The notes: generated by a model from the sequence alone, not told the origin. Numbered from the stretch's first letter, positions 41,240 through 50,960 are shown. The stretch is 64,000 nucleotides of DNA from an uncultured Planctomycetia bacterium (GCA_964431835.1 CAYSKO010000006.1:59457-123456); one strand, 5' to 3'. A program made the numbers and translations.

Positions 41240-42790
41240 ATGAAGAAGCTGCTCCCCGCAATCCTGACGGCGATCGTGACGATTCAGTCCGTGCCTCAGG
41301 TCGCCTTCGCCGAAGAGGCTTCATTTAATCAGCAGCCCTTCGGGACCATGCCTTTCACCGCCTCCGAAAGCCGGGAAGCCGCCCAGCGCGGCCACGTCGC
41401 GAGCCTGAATGCGCTCGCGGACTTAGAGGCGCTGAACCGCGCCGCCATCGCAGCCCCCAGCGCGTCGCCTTTCACCGCGATGGCCTCGACCGGCACGGAC
41501 GGCCGGCCGGATTTCGCGGTCACGGTCGACGCCAAAGGCGTCCTCCGCGCCGCCTATAAAAACCGTACGCTCACCGGAAAATATGATTTCGTCTCGGGCC
41601 GCGCGGTTCTGAAGAGCGCCGATTCTCTCGAAACGTGGACGATCTCGATTCGCGACGAGGCCGGAGTCCGCACGGTCGCCTCGTTCCGCACGGAACAAGG
41701 CGGCGTGTCGGTCGACAGGAAATTCGACCGCAGCGGGCTTCTTGCCGCCCGCACGGGAGCGACGCGTTTCTCCGACGGCAGCGTTTCCGAGACCGCCGAC
41801 ACGTTCGCCTACGCGCGTATCGGCGGCCGTCCGATCGTGAACGCGACGACGAGTCTCTGGCGGTTCACGGACTCCGACGGCCGCATCCTGCAGGAAGCCG
41901 AAACCCGCGCGTCCACGCGGTACGGCACCGACGGCGCTGCGGAAAGCTCGGTTTCGCTTCAGCGGATCGTGGAGAACGGACAAGACTTTTACGGCGCTGC
42001 CGCTTTCGAATGGACCGACTCCCCCTCGGGCCAGGTTCGGACCAGCGCCTCGCTTTACGGTCTCGAGGAGAATCTCTTCCGGACCATCGGTGCGGCCGAC
42101 GCAGACGCGGTAATCTCGCGGGCGATCGTCGTGACGGAAGCGCATTACGGCGCCGGCCGTCTTCGTTTCCTCGCCGACCGCGAGCGCGACGCCGCGGGCG
42201 TACTGCGCGACAAGAGGACCATCCTTCCCGATGGCACGATCCGGATCGTCGTGGGCGAGGCGGATCCGCGCGACGGCGGCTCGGACGATCTCGTCTTCCG
42301 TCAGACTTCCGTCGGCGGCTGGTCGACCTTCTTCGGCGACAATTACGAAGCCGCCAACGGTTTCTGCTGCACGATTTACGAGGGCTACGGCCTCGCCTTC
42401 ACGAAGTACGTCGGCGGCGTTCCAGGAGAAGAGCGCAAAGTGCAGGTGGTCGTTGATTACCCGCGAGTGAAGACGGTCGAGCTGGAAGGCGTGACTTACC
42501 GCATCGACCTGGCCGGCGGCGAGGTTCGTCTGACCGAGGAAAAAATCGCTGCCGCAGCCGAGGCGCCCGCAGCCGTCGAAGAAATCGTGATCCACTCGTC
42601 TCTGCCGGCCGTCGAAAAGCGCGCTGCCGAGCCTTTCCGGATCCGTCCCGCCGAACACTTCGTGCCGTCTTTCACCTCTCCCGTGCCGCCCCAGGCTCTT
42701 CGCCGCGCCCCCTCCGACTTAAAGGCCCGCACGCGCAATGCTTCCGGCCGGCGCGACGACGAGGATTTCTTCGGAGCCGCCGAAGTTTAA
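41240..42790 (+). CDS. Secreted hypothetical protein (~517 aa)
   Basis: Start at MKKLLPAILTAIVTIQSVPQVAFA with SD AAGGCGGA; no recognisable domain. Confidence 0.5.
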   Translation: MKKLLPAILTAIVTIQSVPQVAFAEEASFNQQPFGTMPFTASESREAAQRGHVASLNALADLEALNRAAIAAPSASPFTAMASTGTDGRPDFAVTVDAKGVLRAAYKNRTLTGKYDFVSGRAVLKSADSLETWTISIRDEAGVRTVASFRTEQGGVSVDRKFDRSGLLAARTGATRFSDGSVSETADTFAYARIGGRPIVNATTSLWRFTDSDGRILQEAETRASTRYGTDGAAESSVSLQRIVENGQDFYGAAAFEWTDSPSGQVRTSASLYGLEENLFRTIGAADADAVISRAIVVTEAHYGAGRLRFLADRERDAAGVLRDKRTILPDGTIRIVVGEADPRDGGSDDLVFRQTSVGGWSTFFGDNYEAANGFCCTIYEGYGLAFTKYVGGVPGEERKVQVVVDYPRVKTVELEGVTYRIDLAGGEVRLTEEKIAAAAEAPAAVEEIVIHSSLPAVEKRAAEPFRIRPAEHFVPSFTSPVPPQALRRAPSDLKARTRNASGRRDDEDFFGAAEV

Positions 42791-42839
42791 GCCCGCTTGA
42801 CCGCCCGCCTCGTTCTGAGTTAGGCTAAATCTACCCCTC

Positions 42840-43073
42840 GTGCGATCGTTTTATTGGAAAGGATCTTTAGGTTTCATGTCTCAGGCGGTTTCTCCCCCCA
42901 AGCTCGGCCGCGAACGGACGGCCGTCACCGGTTTTCCCAATGAGCGCGCCGTGGCCCCGACGGCCTTCGCTGACGGCCGCTACAAATCCGATTACGTCCA
43001 CCCCAACGCAGAAGGTTACCGGAAGATCGCCGAACGCGTCCGCGAATTCCTCGACCGAAAAGGAGCTCTTTGA
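42840..43073 (+). pseudogene. C-terminal remnant of an SGNH/GDSL hydrolase
   Basis: 77-aa ORF ending ...FADGRYKSDYVHPNAEGYRKIAERVREFL (block V DxxHPN of SGNH hydrolases); no GDSL N-terminal block upstream. Confidence 0.4.
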
Positions 43074-43537
43074 AACCCCCGCGCAAGACGGCTTTCCCGA
43101 TCGTCAACGTTTACGAACGCTACGGGAAGATCGTCGTCGTCCCGACTTCCCAAACGCTCGCCGGTTTCTACGTCGACAAGGATCCCGCGAAGCTCTTGAA
43201 AGCCGACTGGAACGAGATCGGGGAGGCGGTGCTCGCGGCGCGTAAACGGTTCGAAGCTGGAGTGCCGGTGCCGGTGTGGACGAAAAAAAGCACGCACCCC
43301 GCGCGCGAGGCGTTCGGTGCGCGCTCCGAAGCCGAATTCCTGAACTACTGCCGGCTCTGCTCGGTGGAATTTACGCCCGAGAAAATTCATGCGATTCCGT
43401 ACCAGAACCGCGGCGCAGACGAGGGTTTCGTGCCCGCCGAAGCCGTCGCGTGCGAAGCCTTCGGCCCCGACGCCGCGGCCGTCGGCGACGCGGTCCGTCG
43501 TGCGCTGTCTCTTAGCGGTAAAGGAAAAGCCTCCTGA
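43070..43537 (+). CDS. Hypothetical protein, 155 aa
   Basis: TTG start with SD AAAAGGAG 5 nt upstream; no known domain. Confidence 0.4.
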   Translation: MKPPRKTAFPIVNVYERYGKIVVVPTSQTLAGFYVDKDPAKLLKADWNEIGEAVLAARKRFEAGVPVPVWTKKSTHPAREAFGARSEAEFLNYCRLCSVEFTPEKIHAIPYQNRGADEGFVPAEAVACEAFGPDAAAVGDAVRRALSLSGKGKAS

Positions 43538-43542
43538 AAAAA

Positions 43543-43766
43543 GAACCGGCCTAAAGACGAAATCCTGCCTCATGCCGTCGGCTTTAAATCCCCGAAAATT
43601 TCGACGGCAAACGGCAGGATTTCGTCTTTAGGCCGGTTCCTTCGTCCCGCATAAGACGAAACCCGAAAGAAAAGTGCGCAAAAAAAGAATCCGCCGTTGC
43701 CGTCGAAATTTTCGGGGATTTAAAGCCGACGGCGCAAGGCGGAGTCTTTTTTTGCGCACTTTCTCC
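43543..43766. repeat. Nested inverted-repeat element: 27-bp perfect IR (43543-43569 / 43613-43639) enclosing a palindromic 37-nt unit (43574-43610); an exact reverse-complement copy of that unit (43697-43733) enclosed by an ~18-20 bp second IR (43665-43688 / 43745-43766)
   Basis: All arms checked base-by-base in the sequence. Confidence 0.6.
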
Positions 43767-43893
43767 GATTCCCCTTGATTTTCATGAGGGAATTTAGTAC
43801 AATAACGTCACTTCAGATCGGAGTCCTTCCGGTCTACTCGTTCCAAGATCCTCCGTTAAGCTTGCTCCGAACATTCACGTTTAGGGGGTGCAC

Positions 43894-44376
43894 ATGCTCA
43901 ACAGACGACGGATATTTCACGTCCTCTTCTTCAGCGCGTTTACTTTGTTCTGCGTCGACGCGTCCGCCAAAGAATACTGGAACGGCAGCGAATGCGTCGC
44001 GTGTCCCGACGGCGCGTTCACCTCGTTCGATCCTCTCAAAAACAGCAGCCCCACGCGTGACTCATCGGGCGGCGGCGGCTCCCGGCCTCTTCCTTCCGCC
44101 GGCCCGACCGATTTCACTCTCAACGGTTCCGCCCGGCTCCCGGACGAATTCGTCCTCGTGCCTCAGGAATCGAGCGTGATGTATTTCGTCGTGGGTCCGG
44201 TCAAGCACGTCGACGCCAAGCAACACCTCGTCGTCGTGGAAAACCGCAGCACGCGTAAGAGGCAAAACATCTTTGTCTTCGACCCGATCATCCACTCCCT
44301 CCACGACCGCAACGTCGTCGAGGTGTGGCTTAAACCCGGCTCCAGCCGGGCGGAGAGGATCCACCGCCTCTCCTAA
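43894..44376 (+). CDS. Secreted cysteine-containing hypothetical protein
   Basis: Signal peptide MLNRRRIFHVLFFSAFTLFCVDASA; SD TAGGGGG. Confidence 0.45.
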   Translation: MLNRRRIFHVLFFSAFTLFCVDASAKEYWNGSECVACPDGAFTSFDPLKNSSPTRDSSGGGGSRPLPSAGPTDFTLNGSARLPDEFVLVPQESSVMYFVVGPVKHVDAKQHLVVVENRSTRKRQNIFVFDPIIHSLHDRNVVEVWLKPGSSRAERIHRLS

Positions 44377-44408
44377 CCGCTCTTCAAAACGTCCCCCCGT
44401 AGGAACCG

Positions 44409-44436
44409 CCCCGGGAGCCCTCCTCCCGGGGTTTTC
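44409..44436 (+). terminator. Rho-independent terminator CCCCGGGAG-ccctc-CTCCCGGGG plus TTTT
   Basis: 9-bp perfect stem followed by a U-tract. Confidence 0.6.
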
Positions 44437-44769
44437 ATTTATCCTCTCAGCCTCTTCTTACGCCCGGAATAATTGTTAAAGCTTAGATAATCGTCTCACT
44501 TATCATATGTTCTTATAATGGGTCAATAGACTCATTAATAGATATATTTATACTATATTCTGGGTTTAAATATAATTATTTCGAACTATATAGATTGTTA
44601 TCTCCACTTTCATTTATTCACAGGTTATTAGAAACTGTGGACAAGTGTAATATGGGCGCCACAAGCGGGATTCAGGGGTTCAAAAGGTATTTGACGAAGA
44701 TGGTCATGTATGATATCATTATGGCTCATTAAAGCTAAGCCTACCAGTCAGGTTTAAAGGGTGCATCCA

Positions 44770-45588
44770 ATGACAGATTCCCAGAAGTTCGACCATCTCG
44801 ATAAGCTCGAGAACCAGTCGATTTTCATCCTTCGCGAGGCCTATAAGAAGTTCAAGAAGCTAGCCATGCTTTGGTCCATCGGAAAGGACTCCAACGTCCT
44901 TCTATGGCTGGCACGGAAAGCCTTCTATGGGTATTGCCCGATCCCGCTCGTTCACATCGACACTTCCTATAAGATCCCCGAAATGATCGAGTTCCGCGAC
45001 CGCTACGCCAAAGAGTGGAACCTGAATCTCATCGTCGGGCAGAACAAGCAGGCGCTCGCCGACGGAATGAACTTCACGCAGGGGCGCATTACGTGCTGCA
45101 CGGCTTTGAAGACCACGGGCCTTCAGCAGATCATGGAACAGTACGATTACAAGGGTCTCATCCTCGGCATTCGCCGGGACGAGGAATCCACACGCGCCAA
45201 GGAGCGTTACTTTTCGCCCCGCGATAAGAACTTCGAGTGGGATTTCAAGGACCAGCCGCCGGAGCTTTGGGATCAGTTTAAGACCAACTTCGACGAGAAC
45301 ACGCACATCCGCATCCATCCGCTTCTCCACTGGACGGAGGTGAACGTCTGGGAATACATCCAGCGTGAACAGATTCCGGTCGTGTCGCTTTATTTCTCGA
45401 AGAACGGCAAGCGCTACCGGAGCCTGGGGTGCGCGCCTTGCACGGCCACGATTGATTCGCAGGCTTCTTCGATCCCCGAGATCATCACCGAGCTCAAGGC
45501 CACGAAAACCTCTGAGCGTGCCGGGCGCGCCCAGGACCAGGAAGACACCTACGCGATGCAGCGCCTCCGCGCCAAAGGATACATGTGA
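44770..45588 (+). CDS. cysD: Sulfate adenylyltransferase subunit 2
   Basis: [19 protein letters not shown]-loop; ATG at 44770 with SD AAAGGG. Confidence 0.9.
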   Translation: MTDSQKFDHLDKLENQSIFILREAYKKFKKLAMLWSIGKDSNVLLWLARKAFYGYCPIPLVHIDTSYKIPEMIEFRDRYAKEWNLNLIVGQNKQALADGMNFTQGRITCCTALKTTGLQQIMEQYDYKGLILGIRRDEESTRAKERYFSPRDKNFEWDFKDQPPELWDQFKTNFDENTHIRIHPLLHWTEVNVWEYIQREQIPVVSLYFSKNGKRYRSLGCAPCTATIDSQASSIPEIITELKATKTSERAGRAQDQEDTYAMQRLRAKGYM

Positions 45589-46886
45589 TGAACACCGCTC
45601 CCCTGCGCGGCGAGGAGATCGTCGCCGAGACAAACGAAACGCTGAAATTCGTCATGGTCGGCCACGTCGACCACGGCAAATCCACGCTGGTCGGCCGCCT
45701 GCTCCACGAGACCGGCTTCATTCCCGACACCAAGGTCGAACACGTAAAGAAAGTCTGCGATGACCAGGGCAAGGGCTTCGAGTTCGCGTTCCTCCTGGAC
45801 GGCCTCGAGGAAGAGCGCGACCAGGGCATCACGATCGACGTCGCGCAAATGTTCTTCCGGACAAAGAAGCGCAACTACGTCGTCATCGACGCTCCCGGCC
45901 ACAAAGAATTCCTGAAGAACATGATCTCGGGCGCTTCGAACGCGGACGTGGCGTTCCTCCTGATTGACGCCGAAGAGGGTATTCAGGAGCAGACGAAGCG
46001 CCACGCGTACCTCCTTTCGCTTCTGGGCATCCGCCAGATCGCGGTCGTGATGAACAAAATGGACTTGGTCGGCTATTCCGAAGAGGTCTTCAACCGCACG
46101 CGCGACGCGTATCTCGAATACCTTTCGACGATCGGCGTGAAGCCTTACACGTTCATTCCGATCTCGGCCTACCACGGCGACAACGTCGTCAAAAAGAGCG
46201 ACAAGATGCCCTGGTACGCGGGAGGGTCGCTTCTCGAGACGCTCGACGCTTTCGAATCGAAGGACGATCGCTCGAAGCTGCCCTTGCGCCTTCCGGTGCA
46301 GGACGTCTACAAGTTCGACAAGCGCCGCATCATCGCGGGCCGCGTCGAGGCCGGCAGCGTGAAGGTGGGCGACGAACTCGTTTTCCTGCCCTCCGGCAAG
46401 ACCACGAAGGTAAAATCCATCGAGAAATGGAACGCAGCGACGCCCGAGCTCGTGATCGCGGGCGAATCGACGGGCCTGACGATGGAAGAGCAGATTTTCG
46501 TCGAGCGAGGCGACATCGCCTGCAAGAAGAACGAGCAGCAGGCGCTCGTGGCCGACCGCTTCACCGCGAATATCTTCTGGATGGGCAACAAGCACCTCCA
46601 GAAAGGCGGCAAGTACATCCTGAAGCTCGCGACGATGGACATCGAGTGCGTGATCGACTCGATCCCGCGCGTCATCAATTCCTCCACGCTCGAGGAGATC
46701 TCGAAGAACGCCGCCGAGGTCGCCAAGAACGAGGTCGCCGAGATCATCCTCACCACGAAGAAGCCGATCGCCTTCGACACGTTCGACCTGGTCCCCGAGA
46801 CCGGCCGTTTCGTGATCGTGCACGAGCACGACGTGCGCGGCGGCGGCATCATCCACAAACTCGTCGAGCATTACTCGGCAATCTGA
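45588..46886 (+). CDS. cysN: Sulfate adenylyltransferase subunit 1 (GTPase; no APS-kinase domain)
   Basis: [24 protein letters not shown]-motifs; ~433 aa. Confidence 0.9.
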   Translation: MNTAPLRGEEIVAETNETLKFVMVGHVDHGKSTLVGRLLHETGFIPDTKVEHVKKVCDDQGKGFEFAFLLDGLEEERDQGITIDVAQMFFRTKKRNYVVIDAPGHKEFLKNMISGASNADVAFLLIDAEEGIQEQTKRHAYLLSLLGIRQIAVVMNKMDLVGYSEEVFNRTRDAYLEYLSTIGVKPYTFIPISAYHGDNVVKKSDKMPWYAGGSLLETLDAFESKDDRSKLPLRLPVQDVYKFDKRRIIAGRVEAGSVKVGDELVFLPSGKTTKVKSIEKWNAATPELVIAGESTGLTMEEQIFVERGDIACKKNEQQALVADRFTANIFWMGNKHLQKGGKYILKLATMDIECVIDSIPRVINSSTLEEISKNAAEVAKNEVAEIILTTKKPIAFDTFDLVPETGRFVIVHEHDVRGGGIIHKLVEHYSAI

Positions 46887-46891
46887 TCTCC

Positions 46892-47638
46892 GTGACCCAT
46901 CCCGTCCTAGACCTCGAGAAGGCCAACGCCGAATTAGAAAAAGCGTCCGCCGTCGCGTTCCTTCAGTGGGCGTTCCGCACGTTCACGCCCGGGAAGATCG
47001 CATTCGCCTCGTCGTTCGGCTTGGAAGACGTGGTGGTGATCGATATCGTTCACAAGATCGATCCTTCCGTGCGGTTCTTCACGCTCGACACCGGGCGACT
47101 GAACGAGGAGACCTACGACGTGATGGAGCGCGTGCGCCGGAAGTACGACGTCTCGATCGAGAGCTATTTCCCGGACGCGACGAAGGTCGAGAACTTGGAA
47201 CGCGCGAAGGGTTTTTACTCCTTCCGCGAATCCGTAGAAAACCGCAAGGAGTGCTGCGCGATCCGGAAGATCGAGCCGCTCTCGCGCGCGCTAAAAGGGA
47301 TGGAGGCCTGGATCACGGGGCTTCGCCGCGAGCAGTCGGTGACGCGCACCGAGATCCGGAAGATCGAATCCGACGCGGGCGGGCTCCTCTATAAATTGAA
47401 TCCTCTTGCGGACTGGACGCTCGCGGACGTGTGGGCGTACATCAAGAAGAACGACGTCCCGTACAACGCGCTCGCCGACAAGGGATACCCCTCGATCGGC
47501 TGCTCGCCGTGCACACGCGCGACGGCTCCCGGCGAGGACGTGCGCGCGGGCCGCTGGTGGTGGGAGAGCCCCGAGCACAAGGAGTGCGGGCTCCACAACA
47601 ACCCGAACCACCCCAAGCTTCCGAACGGAAAACATTGA
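46892..47638 (+). CDS. cysH: Phosphoadenylyl-/adenylyl-sulfate reductase (CysH; Cys-cluster motifs suggest the APS-reductase type)
   Basis: GTG start after the cysN stop; KECCAIRK ... GYPSIGCSPCT ... ECGLH. Confidence 0.8.
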   Translation: MTHPVLDLEKANAELEKASAVAFLQWAFRTFTPGKIAFASSFGLEDVVVIDIVHKIDPSVRFFTLDTGRLNEETYDVMERVRRKYDVSIESYFPDATKVENLERAKGFYSFRESVENRKECCAIRKIEPLSRALKGMEAWITGLRREQSVTRTEIRKIESDAGGLLYKLNPLADWTLADVWAYIKKNDVPYNALADKGYPSIGCSPCTRATAPGEDVRAGRWWWESPEHKECGLHNNPNHPKLPNGKH

Positions 47639-48054
47639 TGACCGCTTCGACCGCCACGCTCACGCTGAAGCAAGCCGCCTACGACGCGATGATCGCGCAC
47701 GCGAAAGCCGGCTACCCGAACGAAGCCTGCGGAATTCTCGGGGGCGGCGCGGACACCGGCGAGCGTTTCTATCCGCTCAAGAACGCGGACGAATCGCCGA
47801 TCAGCTATTTCATGGACCCGAAGGAGCAGCTCCGGGTCTTCAAGGCCATGCGCGAGGGCGGCGTCGAGATGCGCGGCATTTTCCACTCGCACGTGACGAG
47901 CGAAGCGTACCCGTCGCAGAAGGACGTGCGCCTTGCGTTCTATCCCGAGGTGAGCTATCTCATCGTGTCGCTTTCGGACATGGAGAAGCCGGTTTTGAGA
48001 TCGTTCCGAATCAACGAGGAGAAGGTCAGCGAGGAGGAGATCCGAATTGTCTAA
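47638..48054 (+). CDS. mec: JAMM/MPN+ metalloprotease (Mec-like)
   Basis: 138 aa; NEACGILGG ... HSHVTSEAYPSQKD (JAMM motif ExnHxHx7Sx2D); ATGA overlap with cysH. Confidence 0.75.
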   Translation: MTASTATLTLKQAAYDAMIAHAKAGYPNEACGILGGGADTGERFYPLKNADESPISYFMDPKEQLRVFKAMREGGVEMRGIFHSHVTSEAYPSQKDVRLAFYPEVSYLIVSLSDMEKPVLRSFRINEEKVSEEEIRIV

Positions 48055-49183
48055 CCAAGCCGAACTCATCAAGATCACGCTGAACGGCAAGCCGAACGAG
48101 ATCCAGGGCGGCACCACGGTCTCGGCGCTCCTTGCGAAATGGAAGATCCGGCCCGAGCTCGTTACGGTCGAGATCAACGAGAACATCCTGCAGAAACTAG
48201 AATACGAAGAGACCGCGATCAAAGAAGGCGACAAGGTCGAGTTCGTGTTCTACATGGGCGGCGGCGCGCCGTACGAGTCGATCCTCGACTTCGTCGGAAA
48301 CACGCCCCTCGTGAAGCTCCAGAAGGTCGTCGAAAAGGGGAGCGCCACCGTTTACGCGAAGCTCGAGATGTTCAATCCGGGCGGCAGCGTGAAGGACCGC
48401 ATCGCGCTCAACATGATCGACGCGGCCGAGAAGAAGGGCCTCCTCAAGCCGGGTTCTGTCATCGTCGAGCCGACGAGCGGGAACACGGGCATTGGCCTAG
48501 CTATCGTCGGAGCCGTCAAAGGCTACAAAGTCATTCTCACGATGCCGGAAGGCATGAGCCAGGAACGCATTCAGATCGTCCAGAGCTTCGGCGCGGAGGT
48601 GGTTCTTACGCCCGCGAAGGAAGGCATGATCGGCGCCGTCGAAAAGGCGCGCGAGATCGTCGCCACGAAGAAGGACGCGTTCATGCCACAGCAGTTCATG
48701 AATCCGGACAACCCGGCGATGCACCGGAAGACCACGGCGAAAGAAATCCTGAAGGAGCTCGACCAGCTCGACGCGTTCGTCGCGGGCGTCGGCACCGGCG
48801 GGACGATCACCGGGGTCGGCGAGGTGCTGAAGAAACACGACCCGAAGATCCGCGTGATCGGCGTCGAGCCTAAAACTTCGGCGGTCCTTTCGGGTGGCCG
48901 CCCCGGGCCGCACATGATTCAGGGTATCGGCGCGGGTTTCGTTCCGGACGTCCTGAACCGCCAGGTGATCGACGAGGTCCACACCGTCGACGACCAGGAA
49001 GCGTACCAGATGGCTAAGCGGCTCTCGCGCGAGGAAGGCATTTTCGCTGGGCTGTCGTGCGGAGCAGCCTGCTCGGTCGCGGTGAAGGTCGCGAAGACTT
49101 TGGGCGCCGGCAAGACGGTGGTCGTGATTTTCCCCGATTCGGGCGAGCGGTACCTCAGCATCGAACCGTTTTTTAACATTTAA
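48047..49183 (+). CDS. cysM: In-frame fusion: ThiS-like sulfur-carrier domain (ends ...VEFVFYMGGG) + cysteine synthase CysM/CysK PLP domain
   Basis: TTG start with SD GAGGAGGAG; N-terminal 72 aa ITLNGKPNEIQGGTTVSALLAK...EGDKVEFVFYMGGG is ThiS-like; the remainder NTPLVKL...KLEMFNPGGSVKDRIA...TSGNTGIGLA is a PLP cysteine synthase. Confidence 0.75.
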   Translation: MSNQAELIKITLNGKPNEIQGGTTVSALLAKWKIRPELVTVEINENILQKLEYEETAIKEGDKVEFVFYMGGGAPYESILDFVGNTPLVKLQKVVEKGSATVYAKLEMFNPGGSVKDRIALNMIDAAEKKGLLKPGSVIVEPTSGNTGIGLAIVGAVKGYKVILTMPEGMSQERIQIVQSFGAEVVLTPAKEGMIGAVEKAREIVATKKDAFMPQQFMNPDNPAMHRKTTAKEILKELDQLDAFVAGVGTGGTITGVGEVLKKHDPKIRVIGVEPKTSAVLSGGRPGPHMIQGIGAGFVPDVLNRQVIDEVHTVDDQEAYQMAKRLSREEGIFAGLSCGAACSVAVKVAKTLGAGKTVVVIFPDSGERYLSIEPFFNI

Positions 49184-49194
49184 GGGACGCGCGA

Positions 49195-50457
49195 ATGAGT
49201 TACGTGAAAGGCTTACGCTGCAGGGAATGCCAACGCGAATATCCTGCGGCGGCGCTCTACGTCTGCGAGTTCTGTTTCGGCTCGCTCGAAGTGGATTACG
49301 ACTACGACAAGATCAAATCGAACATCTCGCGCGAGACGATCGAACGCGGTCCGAAGTCGATCTGGCGCTACCGCGACCTCCTGCCGATCGAAGGCGAGCC
49401 AACCGTCGGCTTCCACGCGGGCTTCACGCCGCTCTTCAAGGCCGACAACCTCGCGCGCGTCCTGGGTGTCCGCGAAGTGTGGGTCAAGGACGACTCGGTC
49501 TGCCATCCGACGCTCTCTTTCAAGGACCGCGTGGTGGCGGTCGCTCTCACGCGCGCCAAAGAACTTGGCTTTAAAACAGTCGCGTGCGCTTCCACCGGGA
49601 ATCTCGCAGGTTCGGTGAGCGCGCAGGCCGCCTGGGCCGGCCTCAACCGCTTCATCTTCATCCCACACGACTTGGAGCTCGGGAAAGTCGTGGGCTCGCT
49701 CACGTACGCACCGAACCTCATCTCGGTGGAAGGTAACTACGACGACGTAAACCGCCTTTGCGCGGAGATCGCCGCGAAGTACCGTTGGGCCTTCGTGAAC
49801 GTGAATATCCGCCCGTATTACGCGGAAGGTTCGAAGACCTACGGCTATGAGATCGCCGAACAGCTCGGCTGGAAGACGCCGCGCCACGTGGTCGTACCGG
49901 TGGCATCCGGCTCCCTCCTCGTGAAGATCTGGAAGGCGTTTAAGGAATTCAAGAAGCTCGGCCTCATCGATTCCGTGGATTCGAAGATCCACGGCGCGCA
50001 GGCCGAGGGCTGCTCGCCGGTCGCTGCCGCCTGGCGGGACAAGAGCGAGATCATAAAACCCGTGAAACCCAAGACGATCGCCAAGTCGCTCGCAATCGGG
50101 AATCCGGCCGACGGCATCTACGCACTCGACGCTATGAAGGAATCGGGGGGTTCCGCGGAGACCGCGACCGACCAGGAGATCATCGACGCGATCAAGCTTT
50201 TAGCGTCTACCGAAGGCATCTTCACCGAGACCGCCGGCGGCGTTACGATGGCGTGCGCGAAGAAGCTCGTCGAAAAAGGCGTCGTCAAGAAAGACGAGTC
50301 GATGGTGATTTGCATCACCGGCAACGGACTCAAGACCCAGGAAGCCATCACCGACCACATCGGCAAACCGTACAAGATCAAACCGAGTCTGGATTCGTTC
50401 GAGCAGAACCTCCGGAACGAATCGAAAATAAAGGAGGACGTATGGGCGTCAAAGTAA
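49195..50457 (+). CDS. Threonine-synthase-family PLP enzyme (ThrC-like)
   Basis: 420 aa; N-terminal CxxC...CxxC zinc-ribbon, PLP-lysine region HPTLSFKDR. Confidence 0.8.
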   Translation: MSYVKGLRCRECQREYPAAALYVCEFCFGSLEVDYDYDKIKSNISRETIERGPKSIWRYRDLLPIEGEPTVGFHAGFTPLFKADNLARVLGVREVWVKDDSVCHPTLSFKDRVVAVALTRAKELGFKTVACASTGNLAGSVSAQAAWAGLNRFIFIPHDLELGKVVGSLTYAPNLISVEGNYDDVNRLCAEIAAKYRWAFVNVNIRPYYAEGSKTYGYEIAEQLGWKTPRHVVVPVASGSLLVKIWKAFKEFKKLGLIDSVDSKIHGAQAEGCSPVAAAWRDKSEIIKPVKPKTIAKSLAIGNPADGIYALDAMKESGGSAETATDQEIIDAIKLLASTEGIFTETAGGVTMACAKKLVEKGVVKKDESMVICITGNGLKTQEAITDHIGKPYKIKPSLDSFEQNLRNESKIKEDVWASK

Positions 50458-50960
50458 GGATTCCGACTCCACTTCAGAAACTGACGAACAACCAGAGCGA
50501 GGTGCAGTGCGAGGCCTCCGACGTGAACCAGCTCCTGAGCGAGCTCGAGAAGACCTATCCCGGCATCAAAGAGCGCCTCTGCGACACCGAGGGCAAGTTG
50601 CGCCGCTTCGTGAACGTGTACGTGAACGAAGAGGACATTCGCTTTCTGCAGGGCCAGGAGACGGCGCTCAAGACGGGCGACGACATTTCGATCATCCCGG
50701 CGATCGCCGGTGGTGCCGAGACCTCGAAAAAACGCGTCACGCTCGTTTTTCCGCCCGATCAGATCAAAGAACCGGTCGTTTTCACGATGGCCAAGAAGTA
50801 CGACGTGATGCCGAACATCCGAAAGGCCCGCGTCACCGAGACCGTCGGCGAGATGACCCTCGAGCTCGAGGGTGCCGAAAAGAACCTGGTCGACGGTATC
50901 AAGTACCTGGAATCGCGCGGGATCAAGGTCGAGCCCGTGACCGGGGACAGCGCGCGCTGA
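50442..50960 (+). CDS. MoaD/ThiS-like sulfur carrier (ends ...IIPAIAGG) fused to a C-terminal NIL domain
   Basis: Perfect SD AAGGAGG; start overlaps the last 16 nt of the ThrC-like gene; the extension [33 protein letters not shown]...MTLELEGAE...[12 protein letters not shown] matches the NIL domain pattern. Confidence 0.65.
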   Translation: MGVKVRIPTPLQKLTNNQSEVQCEASDVNQLLSELEKTYPGIKERLCDTEGKLRRFVNVYVNEEDIRFLQGQETALKTGDDISIIPAIAGGAETSKKRVTLVFPPDQIKEPVVFTMAKKYDVMPNIRKARVTETVGEMTLELEGAEKNLVDGIKYLESRGIKVEPVTGDSAR

